The position numbers and the translations under genes were made by a program. A stretch of DNA of 64,000 nt from Squalus acanthias (Eukaryota): NCBI GenBank assembly GCA_030390025.1, contig JASTWF010000362.1, positions 372,001 through 436,000 of the forward strand. The letters run 5' to 3'. Below, piece by piece: positions 51,041-63,750 of this stretch; the first letter of the stretch is position 1, and every line of letters begins with the position of its first letter. The notes below the pieces were generated by a model, which saw only the letters and a list, made by a program, of their open reading frames with translations, searched no databases and was not told the DNA's origin.

Positions 51041-51134
51041 CCTTTCTTCAGAGCAGAAAAGCTGTGGTGAGCCTGGAATGATAAAGGACGGGAGCCTCTT
51101 GGAGAAGTAAGCGCAGTCCCTGCTGATTCCGGGT

Positions 51135-51200
51135 ATGGTGAACGACAGGTGGAAGAGTATGGATGGGGGTCAGCAAGACAGCCCAAAGCAGAAAGTCCAG
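51135..51200 (+). CDS. FIBCD1: FIBCD1 first coding exon (cytoplasmic N-terminus)
   Basis: ATG GTG AAC GAC AGG TGG AAG... gives MVNDRWKSMDGGQQDSPKQKVQ, matching the recalled human start MVNDRWKTMGG...KPQ. It ends at a phase-0 donor CAG|GTAACA. Too short for the ORF track. A candidate acceptor TTTCTTCAG lies at 51043-51051 after a long CT tract. Confidence 0.9.
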
Positions 51201-51244
51201 GTAACAGAAGCATTTCTTTTCTTTTACAAAAAAAGACAGACAGA

Positions 51245-52510
51245 TTTGCATTTATATAGCACCGGATGTCCCTAAAACGCTTTACAGCCAATGAAGTATT
51301 TTTTGAAGTGTAGTCACTGTTGTAATGTGGGAAACGCGGCAACCATTTTGCGCACAGCAAGCTCCCACAAACAGCAATGTGATAATGACCAGATAATCTG
51401 TTTAATTTTGTTATGTTGATTGAGGGATAAATATTGGCCAGGACACCTGGGGAGAACTCCCCTGTTCTTCTTTGAAATAGTGCCATGGGATCTTTTAGAT
51501 CCACCTGAGAGAGCAGACGGGGCCTCGGTTTAATGTTTCATCTGAAAGACGGCATCTCCAACAGTGCAGCGCTCCCTCAGTACTGCCCCTCCGACAGTGC
51601 GGCGCTCCCTCAGTACTGCCCCTCCGACATTGCAGCGCTCCCTCAGTACTGCCACTCCGACAGTGGAGCACTCCCTCAGTACTGCCCCTCCAACAGTGCG
51701 GCACTCCCTCAGTACTGCCCCTCTGACAGTGCAGCGCTCCCCCAGTACTGCCCCTCCAACAGTGCGGCACTCCCTCAGTACTGCCCCTCCGACAGTGCAG
51801 CGCTCCCTCAGTACTGCCCCTCCGACAGTGCAGCGCTCCCTCAGTACTGCCCCTCCAACAGTGCGGCGCTCCCTCAGTACTGCCCCTCTGACAGTGCGGC
51901 GCTCCCTCAGTACTGCCCCTCCGACAGTGCAGCGCTCCCTCAGTACTGCCCCTCCGACAGTGCGGCGCTCCCTCAGTACTGCCCCTCCGACAGTGCGGCG
52001 CTCCCTCAGTACTGCCCCTCCAACAGTGCGGCGCTCCCTCAGTACTGCCCCTCTGACAGTGCAGCGCTCCCTCAGTACTGCCCCTCCGACAGTGCGGCGC
52101 TCCCTCAGTACTGCCCCTCCGACAGTGCGGCACTCCCTCAGTACTGCCCCTCCGACAGTGCGGCGCTCCCTCAGTACTGCCCCTCCGACAGTGCGGCACT
52201 CCCTCAGTACTGCCCCTCCGACAGTGCGGCGCTCCCTCAGTACTGCCCCTCTGACAGTGCAGCGCTCCCTCAGTACTGCCCCTCCGACAGTTCGGCACTC
52301 CCTCAGTACTGCCCCTCCGACAGTGCGGCGCTCCCTCAGTACTGCCCCTCCGACAGTGCGGCGCTCCCTCAGTACTGCCCCTCCGACAGTGCGGCGCTCC
52401 CTCAGTACTGCCCCTCCGACAGTGCGGCGCTCCCTCAGTACTGCACTGGGAGTGTCAGCCTAGATTTTGTGCTCAAGTCCCTGGAGTTGGGGCTTGAACC
52501 CCACAACCTT
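51245..52510 (-). mobile_element. Deu-SINE with ~27 copies of the 33-bp unit in FIBCD1 intron
   Basis: Array at ~51555-52443; the element starts ~45 bp after the splice donor. Confidence 0.92.
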
Positions 52511-53579
52511 CTTACTGCCACTGACGAGAAAGTCAGAGGAAAGTAAGAAAGCACCGGCGTTAATTCTTCTACACAGCAAAGATTAAAATAATCCTTCGAA
52601 CCCCTCATCGCATTTTATAATTCAGTTATTGTTTTGTGGGGACACATGGAGAAAACAGTAACGATTTCGCAACAAGGCACAGCTGAACTATAGTCTGAGA
52701 CCAAAAGCAATTGCGGTAACTGGTGTTATTGAAAGGGGACAAAATTAGCATTGAGCAGATTGCGTGAGAGAAAGAAACTGTGATGGTGGCTTGTACATAC
52801 TGAGAAATTGCCCTTTGCTCTGAGCTTCTCTGCTTTATCATACATCGCTTTAGAGTGAGAGCAGTGACTGGATTATATCGGATTCCTGTTGCACAGGGAA
52901 GATTGAAGGGGTACTGCGTTCCTTGTTGCTACATCTCCCGTCTAGGTGGCATTGCATTTGTCCACTTGTGCAAGGCTGATATTATCTCTGCTTTACTCAG
53001 ACACTATATCCCGCAGTTTTAAATACTGTATGTAACCTGGGAACGGGGAGTGAGCTGAATGGGTGATGTGCTTTGTCACGGTCTGCGAGGCTTCTTTATT
53101 AACGATCTGACCAAACTCGCAGGTGAATAAAAGTCTCGGTTGCGCCAGAGGCAGAGCGAAGATTACATTGAAAAGACACAGGCTAGAGATAAAAACCAGA
53201 AACTGCTGGAAATACACAGCATCTGAAAGAGGAAAAGGAAGGTTAGCGTTAGGGGTGGAGACTAACGAAGAATGACTCGAGCCGCTGTTTCTCTTTCAGG
53301 TACTCACCAACATCCCGTGTATTGTAGCATCGTACAGCACAGGAGGAGGCCATTCGGCCCATCGTGCCTGTGCCGGCTCTTTGACAGAGCTCTCCAATTA
53401 GTCCCACTCCCCCCTGCTCTTTCCCCAGAGCCCTGCAAATTTCTCCTTTTCAAGTATCTGTATTTTTTATTATATATGTTAAAGTATATATTTCCAGATT
53501 TTATTATTTATTGTGGCACCACTGATTTCTACTGTTTACTTTTATCTGCCTGATTGTTTAAGGTAGAGATTGTCTTTAT

Positions 53580-55520
53580 AACACTATTTCACACTCATAC
53601 TCAGTATTTCACACTATTTCACACCAATGTTCACTATTACACTCTGATACTTACTATTTCACATTAATGCTCACTATTTCACACCAATATTCACTATGTC
53701 ACACCAATATTCACTATTTCACACTATTTCACACCAATATTCACTATTTCACACTAATACTCACTATTTCACAACTATTACTCACTATTTCACACGAATA
53801 CTCACTATTTCACACTAATACTCACTATTTCACACTATTTCACACGAATACTTACTATTTCACACCAATATTCACTATTTCACACTAATACTCACTATTT
53901 CACACTATTTCACACTAATACTCACTATTTCACACTCATACTCACTATTTCACACTATTTCACACCAATATTCACTATTACACTCTAATACTTACTATTT
54001 CACACTGATACTCACTATTTCACACCAATATTCACTGTCACACCAATATTCACTATTTCACACTAATACTCACTATTTCACACTATTTCACACTAATACT
54101 CACTATTTCACACCAATATTCACCATTTCACACTAATACTCACTATTTCAATTTATTTCACACTAATACTCACTATTTCACACTAATACTCACTATTTCA
54201 CACTAATATTTACTATTTCACATGATTTCACACCAATATTCACTATTTCACACTAATACTCACTATTTCACAACTAACACTCACTATTTCACACCAATAT
54301 TCACTATTTCACACTAATACTCACTATTTCACACTAACACTCACTATTTCACACCAATATTCACTATTTCACACTAATACTCACTATTTCACACTATTTC
54401 ACACTAATACTCACTATTTCACACTCATACTCACTATTTCACACTATTTCACACCAATATTCACTATTTCACACTAATACTCACTATTTCACACTATTTC
54501 ACACTAATACTCACTATTTCACACTCATACTCACTATTTCACACTATTTCACACCAATATTCACTATTACACTCTAATACTTACTATTTCACACTGATAC
54601 TCACTATTTCACACCAATATTCACTGTCACACCAATATTCACTATTTCACACTAATACTCACTATTTCACACTATTTCACACTAATACTCACTATTTCAC
54701 ACCAATATTCACCATTTCACACTAATACTCACTATTTCAATTTATTTCACACTAATACTCACTATTTCACACTAATACTCACTATTTCACACTAATATTT
54801 ACTATTTCACATGATTTCACATCAATATTCACTATTTCACACTAATACTCACTATTTCACAACTAACACTCACTATTTCACACCAATATTCACTATTTCA
54901 CACTAATACTCACTATTTCACACTAACACTCACTATTTCACACTAACACTTACTATTTCACACCAATATTCACTATTTCACACTAATACTCACTATTTCA
55001 CACTATTTCTCACTAATACTCACTATTTCACACTATTTCACACTAATACTTACTATTTCACACCATTATGCACTATTTCACAACTAATACTCTATTTCAC
55101 ACTATTTCACATTAATACTCACTATTTTACACTATTTCACACCAATATTCACTATTTCACACGAATACTCACTATTTCACACTATTTTGCACTAATTCTC
55201 ACTATTTTACACTATTTCACACTAATACTCACTATTTCACACTAATACTCACTATTTCACACTATTTCACACTAATACTCACCATTTCACACTATTTCAC
55301 ACTAATACTCACCATTTCACACTGATACTCACTATTTCACACTATTTCACACTAATACTCACTATTTCACCCTATTTCACACTAATACTCACTATTTCAC
55401 CCTATTTCACACTAATACTCACTATTTCACACTATTTCACACTAATACTCACTATTTCACACTAATACTCACAATTCAACACCAATTTGCACAATTTCAC
55501 ACCATTTCACACTCTTCTAC
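53580..55520. repeat. AT-rich 10/20-bp satellite with higher-order structure
   Basis: Alternating CACTATTTCA and CACTAATACT (or CACCAATATT) decamers, degenerating to ~55810. Confidence 0.95.
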
Positions 55521-55809
55521 GCTATTCCATACTATCTCAAGCTATTCCACAATTTCCATGCCATTCTACACTATTTCACACTCTTCTTCAATATACCCAT
55601 GGTTCCATGTGATTCCACACTACACTCCACTATTTCACTCTATGTTATCCCACACTATTCCATAGCATTCCCGGCTATTTCACATTATTCCCTGTTGCTC
55701 CTTAGTATTCCACACTATGAGATACTAATTTACACTCATCCACACCAGCCCATTCTATTCTAACTACCGCACACTATTCATCAATTTCCCGTGCTATTTC
55801 ACACTATTC

Positions 55810-56248
55810 AGAGGAACACAGGAACAGGAGGAGGCCATTTAGCCCCTCGAGCCTGTTCCGCCATTCAATTAGATCATGGCTGATCTGTATCTTAACTCCA
55901 TCCACCCGCCTTGGTTCCATAACCCTTAATACCCTTGCCTAACAAAGGTCTATCAATCTCAGTTTTGAAATGATCAGATTGACCCCCAGTCTTAACAGCT
56001 TTTTGGGGGAGAGAGTTCCAGATTTCCACTGCCCTTTGTGTGAAGAAGTGCTTCCTGACATCACCCCTGAATGGCCTGGCTCTAATTTTAAGATTATGCC
56101 CCCTTGTTCTGGACTCTCCCACCAGAGGAAATAGTTTCTCTCTCTCTACCCTACCAAATCCATTAATCATCTTAAACACCGTAATTAGATCACCCATTAA
56201 TCTTCTGTACTCAAGGGAATGCAAGCCTAGTCTATGCAACCGGCCACA
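55810..56248 (-). mobile_element. CR1 3' fragment
   Basis: RLHRLGLHSLEYRRLMGDLI...KHFFTQRAVEIWNSLP. Confidence 0.88.
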
Positions 56249-56748
56249 TAATTTAACCCTTTTATTCCTCATGATTCCCCCTTTCTCTGTTGCTCCCCCT
56301 GTGGTTTTCAGTCCAGTCCGGCTGATACTGGAGCAGGAACGCACGTGATCATCCCACGTCTCTCCCGAGGTAGCAACGACGAATCTAATCTAACAGCCGG
56401 AAATATTCGCCTCGCTTGCAGTTTTCAAATCCTGCCTACTCCCTGCTTGTGAAATCAATCGATAACGTTTTCCACCTTTGCAATTCAGCAGGGATCTTAA
56501 CAACAACGTCAGGAAAAAAAAACCGGATGTGACATTCCACCAGCCAACCAGCCCAAGCACAGAAGCAGAACTTCAGGGTCACACCAGCCTGGAATTAATC
56601 TTGCGACAGCCGCAACTCCCAAATATTAATTGCAATACGCTCCGCACAGGAGCGAAGGAGAAACAAAGATGACTGCTGCACCACCGGATAGAACTTTTGT
56701 TTTATTTTAAGCCAGATAATCAGCGTCAGGCAGATGCTGCAACTCGAC

Positions 56749-57463
56749 CAGGGGTTCCCAACCCTCCAGGATTGGCCTGGAGTCTCCAGGAACTGAAGAT
56801 TAATCTCCCGGTCACTGCTGAGAGTAACTCCCGGGAGATAAATCACAGGGCCATTAAAAATAATTCATATTCCTGGGATGAGAGGGTTGTCCTATGAGGA
56901 GAGATTGAGTAGACGAGGCCTATATTCTCTAGAGTTTAGAAGAATGAGAGGTGATCTCATTGAAACATACAAAATTCTTACAGGGCTTGACAGGGTAGAT
57001 GCAGGGAGGATGTTTCCCCTGGCTGGGGAGTCTAGAACCAGGGGTCATAGTCTCAGAATAAAGGGTCGGCCATTCAGGACTGAGATGAGGAGAAATTTCT
57101 TCACTCAGAGGGTGGTGAATCTTTGGAATTCTCTACCCCAGAGGGCTGTGGAGGCTCAGTCGTTGAGTATATTCATGACAGAGATCGATTAGATTTTTGG
57201 ATATTAAGGGAATCGGGGGATATGGGGATAGTATGGGAAAGTGGAGTTAAGGTCGAAGATCAGCCATGATCTTATTGAATGGCGGAGCAGGCTCGAGGGG
57301 CCATATGGCCGACTCCTGCTCCTAATTATTATGTTCTTAGGTTCTTTGATGTACTTCTGTTTATTAGTTATATAGAAATATTGGAAATGAGAAAAAAAGG
57401 CTGTTTGATTGGGCATGTGACGAAACCTCCTGGAATACGTCCAATCAGCATTGGCGATCCCTA
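56749..57463. mobile_element. Non-autonomous hAT-like DNA element carrying a CR1 insertion (~56866-57340)
   Basis: Termini CAGGGGTTCCCAAC and TTGGCGATCCCTA (degenerate TAGGGTTGCCAA); 8-bp flanks AACTCGAC and AGCTCGAA. Related pieces at ~35958-36020 and ~63752-63815. Confidence 0.6.
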
Positions 57464-57774
57464 AGCTCGAAGCGATTGGGATCTAACGGTGTGGGGAGCG
57501 GCCATTTTGTTCAACACGTTGCTCTTTTCTGTCAGGGCCCCACCCCCACCCCCCCCCACCCCGCCACCCCCCACACATAAAAGGTGGTCTTCCATTACAG
57601 AGAACGTACAGCACAGAAACAGGCCATTCGGCCCAACTTGTCCATGCCAGTGTTGATGCTCCACACCAGCCTCCTCCCACCCCTCTTTATCTCACCCCAT
57701 CGACATATCCTTCGATTCCTTTCTCCCTCCCACGCTTATCTAGCTTCCCCTCAAAGGCGTGCTGTGCTCTCTCC

Positions 57775-59420
57775 GTGCGTCAGCCTTGGCTCAAGTGGTA
57801 GCACTCCTGGCTCTGGGTGAGGAGGTGTCCTGGGGCCAATGTTGATTCCCTCAACCCAACATCACTAAAAAAAACAGATTATCTGGTCATTGACACATTG
57901 CTGTTTGTGGGAGCTTGCTGTGCGCAAATTGGCTGCCGCGTTTCCTACATTACAACAGTGACTGCACTTCAAAAAAAAGTACTTCATTGGCTGTAAAGCG
58001 CTTTGGGATGTCCGGTGGTCATGAAAGGCGCTATAGAAATGCAAGTCTTTCTTTCTTGTAGCTCCGTGTGATGTGCAGCAGTTGTGAGGAAACATTTATC
58101 TGAAGAGCTGATGTTTGCACCAAGGCACCGACCGGGGACATTAGAAATGATTCTGTAAACTCCGCCAAGGGTCCATGTCTCATTAAATTCATCTGCAAAC
58201 CAAGATCAAAACAGAACCAAATCCACGACATAAACCCTCTCACTGCTTCATTTATAATATATTTGCATTCTGACTCATTAGGTGCTGAGTAAATTTTAAT
58301 TTGCATCAAGCACTTTCAAGCGCCTTCAGTCAACAAGGGACGTTTATGGTAGAATCAGATTAGCTCATTCAATCCACCGGGGACTTTGCTTTCTAAGAAC
58401 AGGCTCTTAATTGTTGACTTTGAGCTTCTCATCCTCACCTCCATCACTTCAAAAGACTTGCATTTCTATAGCGCCTTTCACGACCACCGGACGTCCCAAA
58501 ACGCTTTACAGCCAATGAAGTACTTTTTGAAGTGTAGTCACTGTTGTAATGTAGGAACGCAGCAGCCAATTTTGGCACAGCAAGCTCCCACAAACAGCAA
58601 TGTGATAATGACCAGATAATCTGTTTTTGTTATGTTAGTCAAGGGATAAATATTGGCCCCAGGACACCTCCCCTGCTCTTCATCGAAATAGTGCCATGGG
58701 ATCTTCTACGTCCACCTAAGAGAGCAGACGGGGCCTCGGTTTAATGTCTCATCTGAAAGACGGCACCTCCGACAGTGCAGCATTCCACTGGGAGTGTCGG
58801 CATAGATTTTGTGTTCAGGTCTCTGGAGTGGGACTTGAACCCACAACCTTTGGATTCAAGAGGCGAGGGTGCTACCCATTGAGCCATTGGTTGACACTCA
58901 AGGCTTCGAGGCTTAATTCCTTGGCCTTCCTCTCCACCCCCACCTTACATGGACTCGAACCCATGCAGATTTTATCCTAACCCACACAAAGTCCCTGCAC
59001 CCCTGTCCTCAGCGAGCTCCACCAGCAGCTTATCTCCCACAGTGTTGACTTCCAAATCCTCGTGTTTGTCTTCATATCCTGCCCTGCCCTCTCCTCATCC
59101 TACTTCTACATTCTTCCTCAAACGTTGTTTCCTGACTCAGTGGGTCGCACTCTCGCCTTTAAGTCAGAAGGTTGTGGGTTCGAGTCCCCACTCCAGAAAC
59201 TTGAGCACAAAAATCCAGGCTGACACTCCAGTGCCAGTGCTGAGGGAGTGCGGCACTGTCGGAGGTGCCGTCTTTCAGATGAGACGTTAAACCGAGGCCC
59301 CGTCTGCTCTCTCAGGTGGACGTAAAAGATCCCATGGCCACTATTTCGAAGAAGAGCAGGGGAGTTCTCCCCGGTGTCCTGGCCAATATTTATCCCCCAA
59401 CCAACATCACTAAAACAGAT
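57775..59420. mobile_element. Three Deu-SINE copies (57775-58055 +, 58452-58898 -, 59130-59420 +)
   Basis: Consensus matches. Confidence 0.85.
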
Positions 59421-60328
59421 TAAAGATGATTAAAGGAGTTGATCGGGTAGATAGGGAGAAACTATTTCCTCTTGTGGGGGGAGTCCAGCACAAGGGGGCG
59501 TAACCTTAAAGTTAGAGCCAGGCCGTTCAGGGGTGATGTCAGGAAGCACTTCTTCACACAAAGGGTAGTGGAAATCTGGAACTCTCTCCCCAAAAAGCTG
59601 TTGAGGCTGGAGGTCAATTGGGTAAGGGTATTAAAGGTTATGGAATCAAGGCGGGTAAATGGAGTTGAGATACAGATCAGCCATGATCTAAATGAATGGC
59701 AGAACAGGCTCGAGGGGCTGAATGGCCTCATCCTGTGCTAATGTTCCACAGGCTCAATGACGATCCTGTCTTCTATAAAAGGCCACGCTTTTCCAACGCT
59801 CTCCTGGCCGGCCTCCCATCTTCCACCCTCCATAAACTTGAGCTCATCCAAAACTCGGCTGCCCCCCGTGTCCTAACTCGCACCGAGTCCCGTTCACCCA
59901 TCACTCCCTGTGCTCGCTGACCTACATTGGCTCCCAGTTAAGCAGCGCCTCGATTTTAAAATTCTCATCCTTGTTTTCAAATCCCTCCACGGCCTCCCCC
60001 CTCCCTAGCTCTATAATCTCCCCCAGCCCTACAACCCTCCAAGATCTCTGCACTCCCCCAATTCTCTTGCACATCCCCCGATTTTAATCGCTCCACCATT
60101 GGTGGCCGTGCCTTCAGCTGCCTGGGCCCCAAGCTCTGGAATTCCCTCCCTAAACCTCTCTACCTCTCTCTCCTCCTTTAAGACGCTCCTTAAAACCTCC
60201 CTCACCTGTCCTAATATCTCCTTGTGTGGCTACCCGGTGTCAAATGTTGTTTGATAACCGCTCCTGTGAAGCGCCCTGGGACGTTTTACTACGTTAAAGG
60301 TGCTATATAAATGCAAGTTGTTGTTGTT
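59420..60328 (+). mobile_element. CR1 3' end (59420-59730) followed by an L2 3' end (59790-60328)
   Basis: Family motifs; the L2 tail ends ~45 bp before the FIBCD1 exon acceptor. Confidence 0.88.
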
Positions 60329-60372
60329 TAAATCTGAGGAGCCTAATTTATCGAATCCTCTCCTCGTTGCAG

Positions 60373-60846
60373 AAGCTGAGCTGCGGCTATGTGCTGTGTA
60401 TGGTCTTGCTCTTCCTGGCGGTGTTACTGGCCGTGGCGGTAACGGGCGCTCTCCTCTTCCTCAACCACTATCACCACGCTGCGGAGACCCCGCCTCTCAT
60501 CAGCGCCAACCAGGACACGACGCAGGCCCTGGTCACCATCGACCAGGCCGACACCTCCAGGATCAGCATCTTCATCGACCCCAACTGCCCGGATCACAAG
60601 GGCGACCTGACCCGTCTGGAGGGCCTCCAGTCGTTGGTCCTCGCCGCCGTCTCCAGCCGGGGGGAGGAGACAAAGGCGTCCGAGGGGCAGGACCGGGCGC
60701 TCCTGGTCACGGTGGCGGACCAGGTGTCCAGGCTCTCGGCCCGCACGGCCCAGCTCAGGCAGGATTGCGAGGCACTGAAACTGGGCCAGGGTGGCTTGAG
60801 CCAGGAACTGAGTTCACTCCAGTCCGAGCAAGGCCGGTTAATTGAG
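60373..60846 (+). CDS. FIBCD1: FIBCD1 second coding exon (transmembrane helix, linker and coiled coil)
   Basis: Acceptor TTGCAG| at 60372 and donor GAG|GTAAGG at 60847; 474 nt, phase 0-0. Translates as KLSCGYVLCMVLLFLAVLLAVAVTGALLFLNH...ISIFIDPNCPD...LSSLQSEQGRLIE, matching recalled FIBCD1 (SCGYVLCTVLL...LQSEQGRLIQ). Confidence 0.95.
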
Positions 60847-61034
60847 GTAAGGCGGTGGAATCCGCACACCGTTCGTGGGAATGAGGACTCAGAGGCTAAG
60901 TTCACCCTGAAGCCTGTCAGGTCAGGCAGTTAAGTCCTTAACACACTGACATTGCTACCCACTTTCTCGGTTCCTTGGCAGCTGCGACCTCACAGTCAGA
61001 GATATCCCTGTAATCGCTTTTCTCATTGAAATGT

Positions 61035-61435
61035 GGAGAGACCAGTAGAAGCTGGGGGTTGTTCTCCTTAGAGCAGAGAAGGTTAAGAGGTGATTTGATA
61101 GAGGCGTTCAAAATCATAAAGAGTAAATAAGGAGAAACTGGCAGGAGAGTCGGTAACCAGAGGACACAGATTTAAGATACTTGGCAAAAGAACCCGGGGG
61201 GGAGATGAGGAGAATTGTATTTAACGCAGCGAGTTGTTGTGATCTGGAATGCGCTGCCTGAAAGGGCGGTGGAAGCAGATTCAATCGTAACTTTCAAAAG
61301 GGAATTGGATAAATACTTGTGGGGGGAAAAGTGAAGGGCAATGGGGAAAGAGCTGGGGGAGTGGGACTAATTGGAGAACTCTTTCAAAGAGCAGGCACAG
61401 GCACGATGGGCCGAATGGCCCCCTCCTGTGCTGTG
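61035..61435 (+). mobile_element. CR1 3' fragment
   Basis: Same subfamily as 5153-5548 and 37228-37755. Confidence 0.82.
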
Positions 61436-61674
61436 AGATTCGATGAGAGATTTTCCACCACGGCTCCTTCTGTATTTACAAAAGGTCTGGTTTTCACAGC
61501 AGTAACAAGCGGCTCTTTCAGAGCAGAATGAGCTTCAAATGAGCACGGAATTGGGGTCCACCAGCAGCTGCAGCACAGGAACGTTGGCTGTTGGCTCGAA
61601 GGGCCACAAGGGTTTCAATCGGATCAGTGGCCCATTTTACAACTCGCCCGATATTCTCTCCCGTTGAAGACAAC

Positions 61675-63750
61675 TGTGATTCAGTGGGCAGCACCCTCGC
61701 CTCTGAGTCAGAAGGTTGTGGGTTCAAGTCCCACTCCAGAGACTTGAGCATAAAAATCTAGGCTGACACTCCAGTGCAGTACTGAGAGAGCGCCGCACTG
61801 TCGGAGGGGCAGTACTGAGGGAGCGCTGCACTGTCGGAGGGGCAGTACTGAGGGAGCGCCGCACTGTCGGAGGGGCAGTACTGAGGGAGCGCTGCACTGT
61901 CGGAGGGGCAGTACTGAGGGAGCGCTGCACTGTCGGAGGGGCAGTACTGAGGGAGCGCTGCACTGTCGGAGGGGCAGTACTGAGGGAGTGCCGCACTGTC
62001 GGAGGGGCAGTACTGAGGGAGTGCCGCACTGTCGGAGGGGCAGTACTGAGGGAGCGCCGCACTGTCGGAGGGGCAGTACTGAGGGAACGCTGCACTGTCG
62101 GAGGGGCAGTACTGAGGGAACGCTGCACTGTCGGAGGGGCAGTACTGAGGGAGCGCTGCACTGTCGGAGGGGCAGTACTGAGGGAGTGCCGCACTGTCGG
62201 AGGGGCAGTACTGAGGGAGTGCCGCACTGTCGGAGGGGCAGTACTGAGGGAGTGCCGCACTGTCGGAGGGGCAGTACTGAGGGAGCGCCGCACTGTCGGA
62301 GGGGCAGTACTGAGGGAACGCTGCACTGTCGGAGGGGCAGTACTGAGGGAGCGCCGCACTGTCGGAGGGGCAGTACTGAGGGAACGCTGCACTGTCGGAG
62401 GGGCAGTACTGAGGGAGCGCTGCACTGTCGGAGGGGCAGTACTGAGGGAGTGCCGCACTGTCGGAGGGGCAGTACTGAGGGAGTGCCGCACTGTCGGAGG
62501 GGCAGTACTGAGGGAGCGCCGCACTGTCGGAGGGGCAGTACTGAGGGAACGCTGCACTGTCGGAGGGGCAGTACTGAGGGAGCGCTGCACTGTCGGAGGG
62601 GCAGTACTGAGGGAGTGCCGCACTGTCGGAGGGGCAGTACTGAGGGAACGCTGCACTGTCGGAGGGGCAGTACTGAGGGAGCGCTGCACTGTCGGAGGGG
62701 CAGTACTGAGGGAGTGCCGCACTGTCAGAGGGGCAGCACTGAGGGAGCGCTGCACTGTCGGAGGGGCAGTACTGAGGGAGCGCTGCACTGTCGGAGGGGC
62801 AGTACTGAGGGAGCACCGCACTGTCGGAGGGGCAGTACTGAGGGGGGGGCAGTACTGAGGGAACGCCGCACTGTCGGAGGGGCAGTACTGAGGGACCGCT
62901 GCACTGTCGGAGGGGCAGTACTGAGGGACAGCTGCACTGTCGGAGGGGCAGTACTGGGGGACCGCTGCACTGTCGGAGGGGCGGTACTGAGGGAGCGCTG
63001 CACTGTCGGAGGGGCAGTACTGGGGGACCGCTGCACTGTCGGAGGGGCTGTACTGAGGGACAGCTGCACTGTCGGAGGGGCAGTACTGAGGGAGCGCCGC
63101 ACTGTCGGAGGGGCAGTACTGAGGGAGCGCTGCACTGTCGGAGGGGCAGTGCTGAGGGAGTGCTGCACTGTCGGAGGGGCAGTACTGAGGGAGCGCCGCA
63201 CTGTCGGAGGGGCAGTGCTGAGGGAGCGCTGCACTGTCGGAGGGGCAGTACTGAGGGAGCGCCGCACTGTCGGAGGGGCAGTACTGAGGGACCGCTGCAC
63301 TGTCGGAGGGCAGTACTGAGGGAGCGCCGCACTGTCGGAGGGGCAGTACTGAGGGAGCGCCGCACTGTCGGAGGGCAGTACTGAGGGAGCGCCGCACTGT
63401 CGGAGGGGCAGTACTGAGGGAGCGCCGCACTGTCGGAGGGGCAGTACTGAGGGACCGCTGCACTGTCGGAGGGGCAGTACTGAGGGAGTGCCGCACTGTC
63501 GGAGGGGCAGTACTGAGGGACCGCTGCACTGTCGGAGGGGCAGTACTGAGGGACCGCTGCACTGTCGGAGGGGCAGTACTGAGGGAGCGCCACACTGTCA
63601 GAGGGGACAGTACTGAGGGAGCACTGCACTGTCGGAGGTGCCGCCTTTCAGATGAGATGCTAAACTGTTCTCTCAGGTGGACATAAAAGATCCCACGGCC
63701 ATTATTTCGAAGAAGAGCAGGGACGTTCTCCCCAGTGTCCTGCCCCAATA
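61675..63750 (+). mobile_element. Deu-SINE with ~56 copies of the 33-bp unit
   Basis: Head at 61675-61775, array at ~61777-63637, then Deu core. Confidence 0.92.

Noticed and set aside
58255..58310. Octamer (ATTTGCAT twice) and AP-1 (TGACTCA) cluster; a similar octamer/GC-box patch at ~14880-15000
   Set aside because: Short motifs with no conservation data; the 15-kb patch shares sequence with ~37980-38005 and is probably repeat-derived.
61777..63637. CRISPR-like array of ~33-bp repeats
   Set aside because: Units are head-to-tail with no unique spacers, there are no cas genes, and the context is vertebrate.
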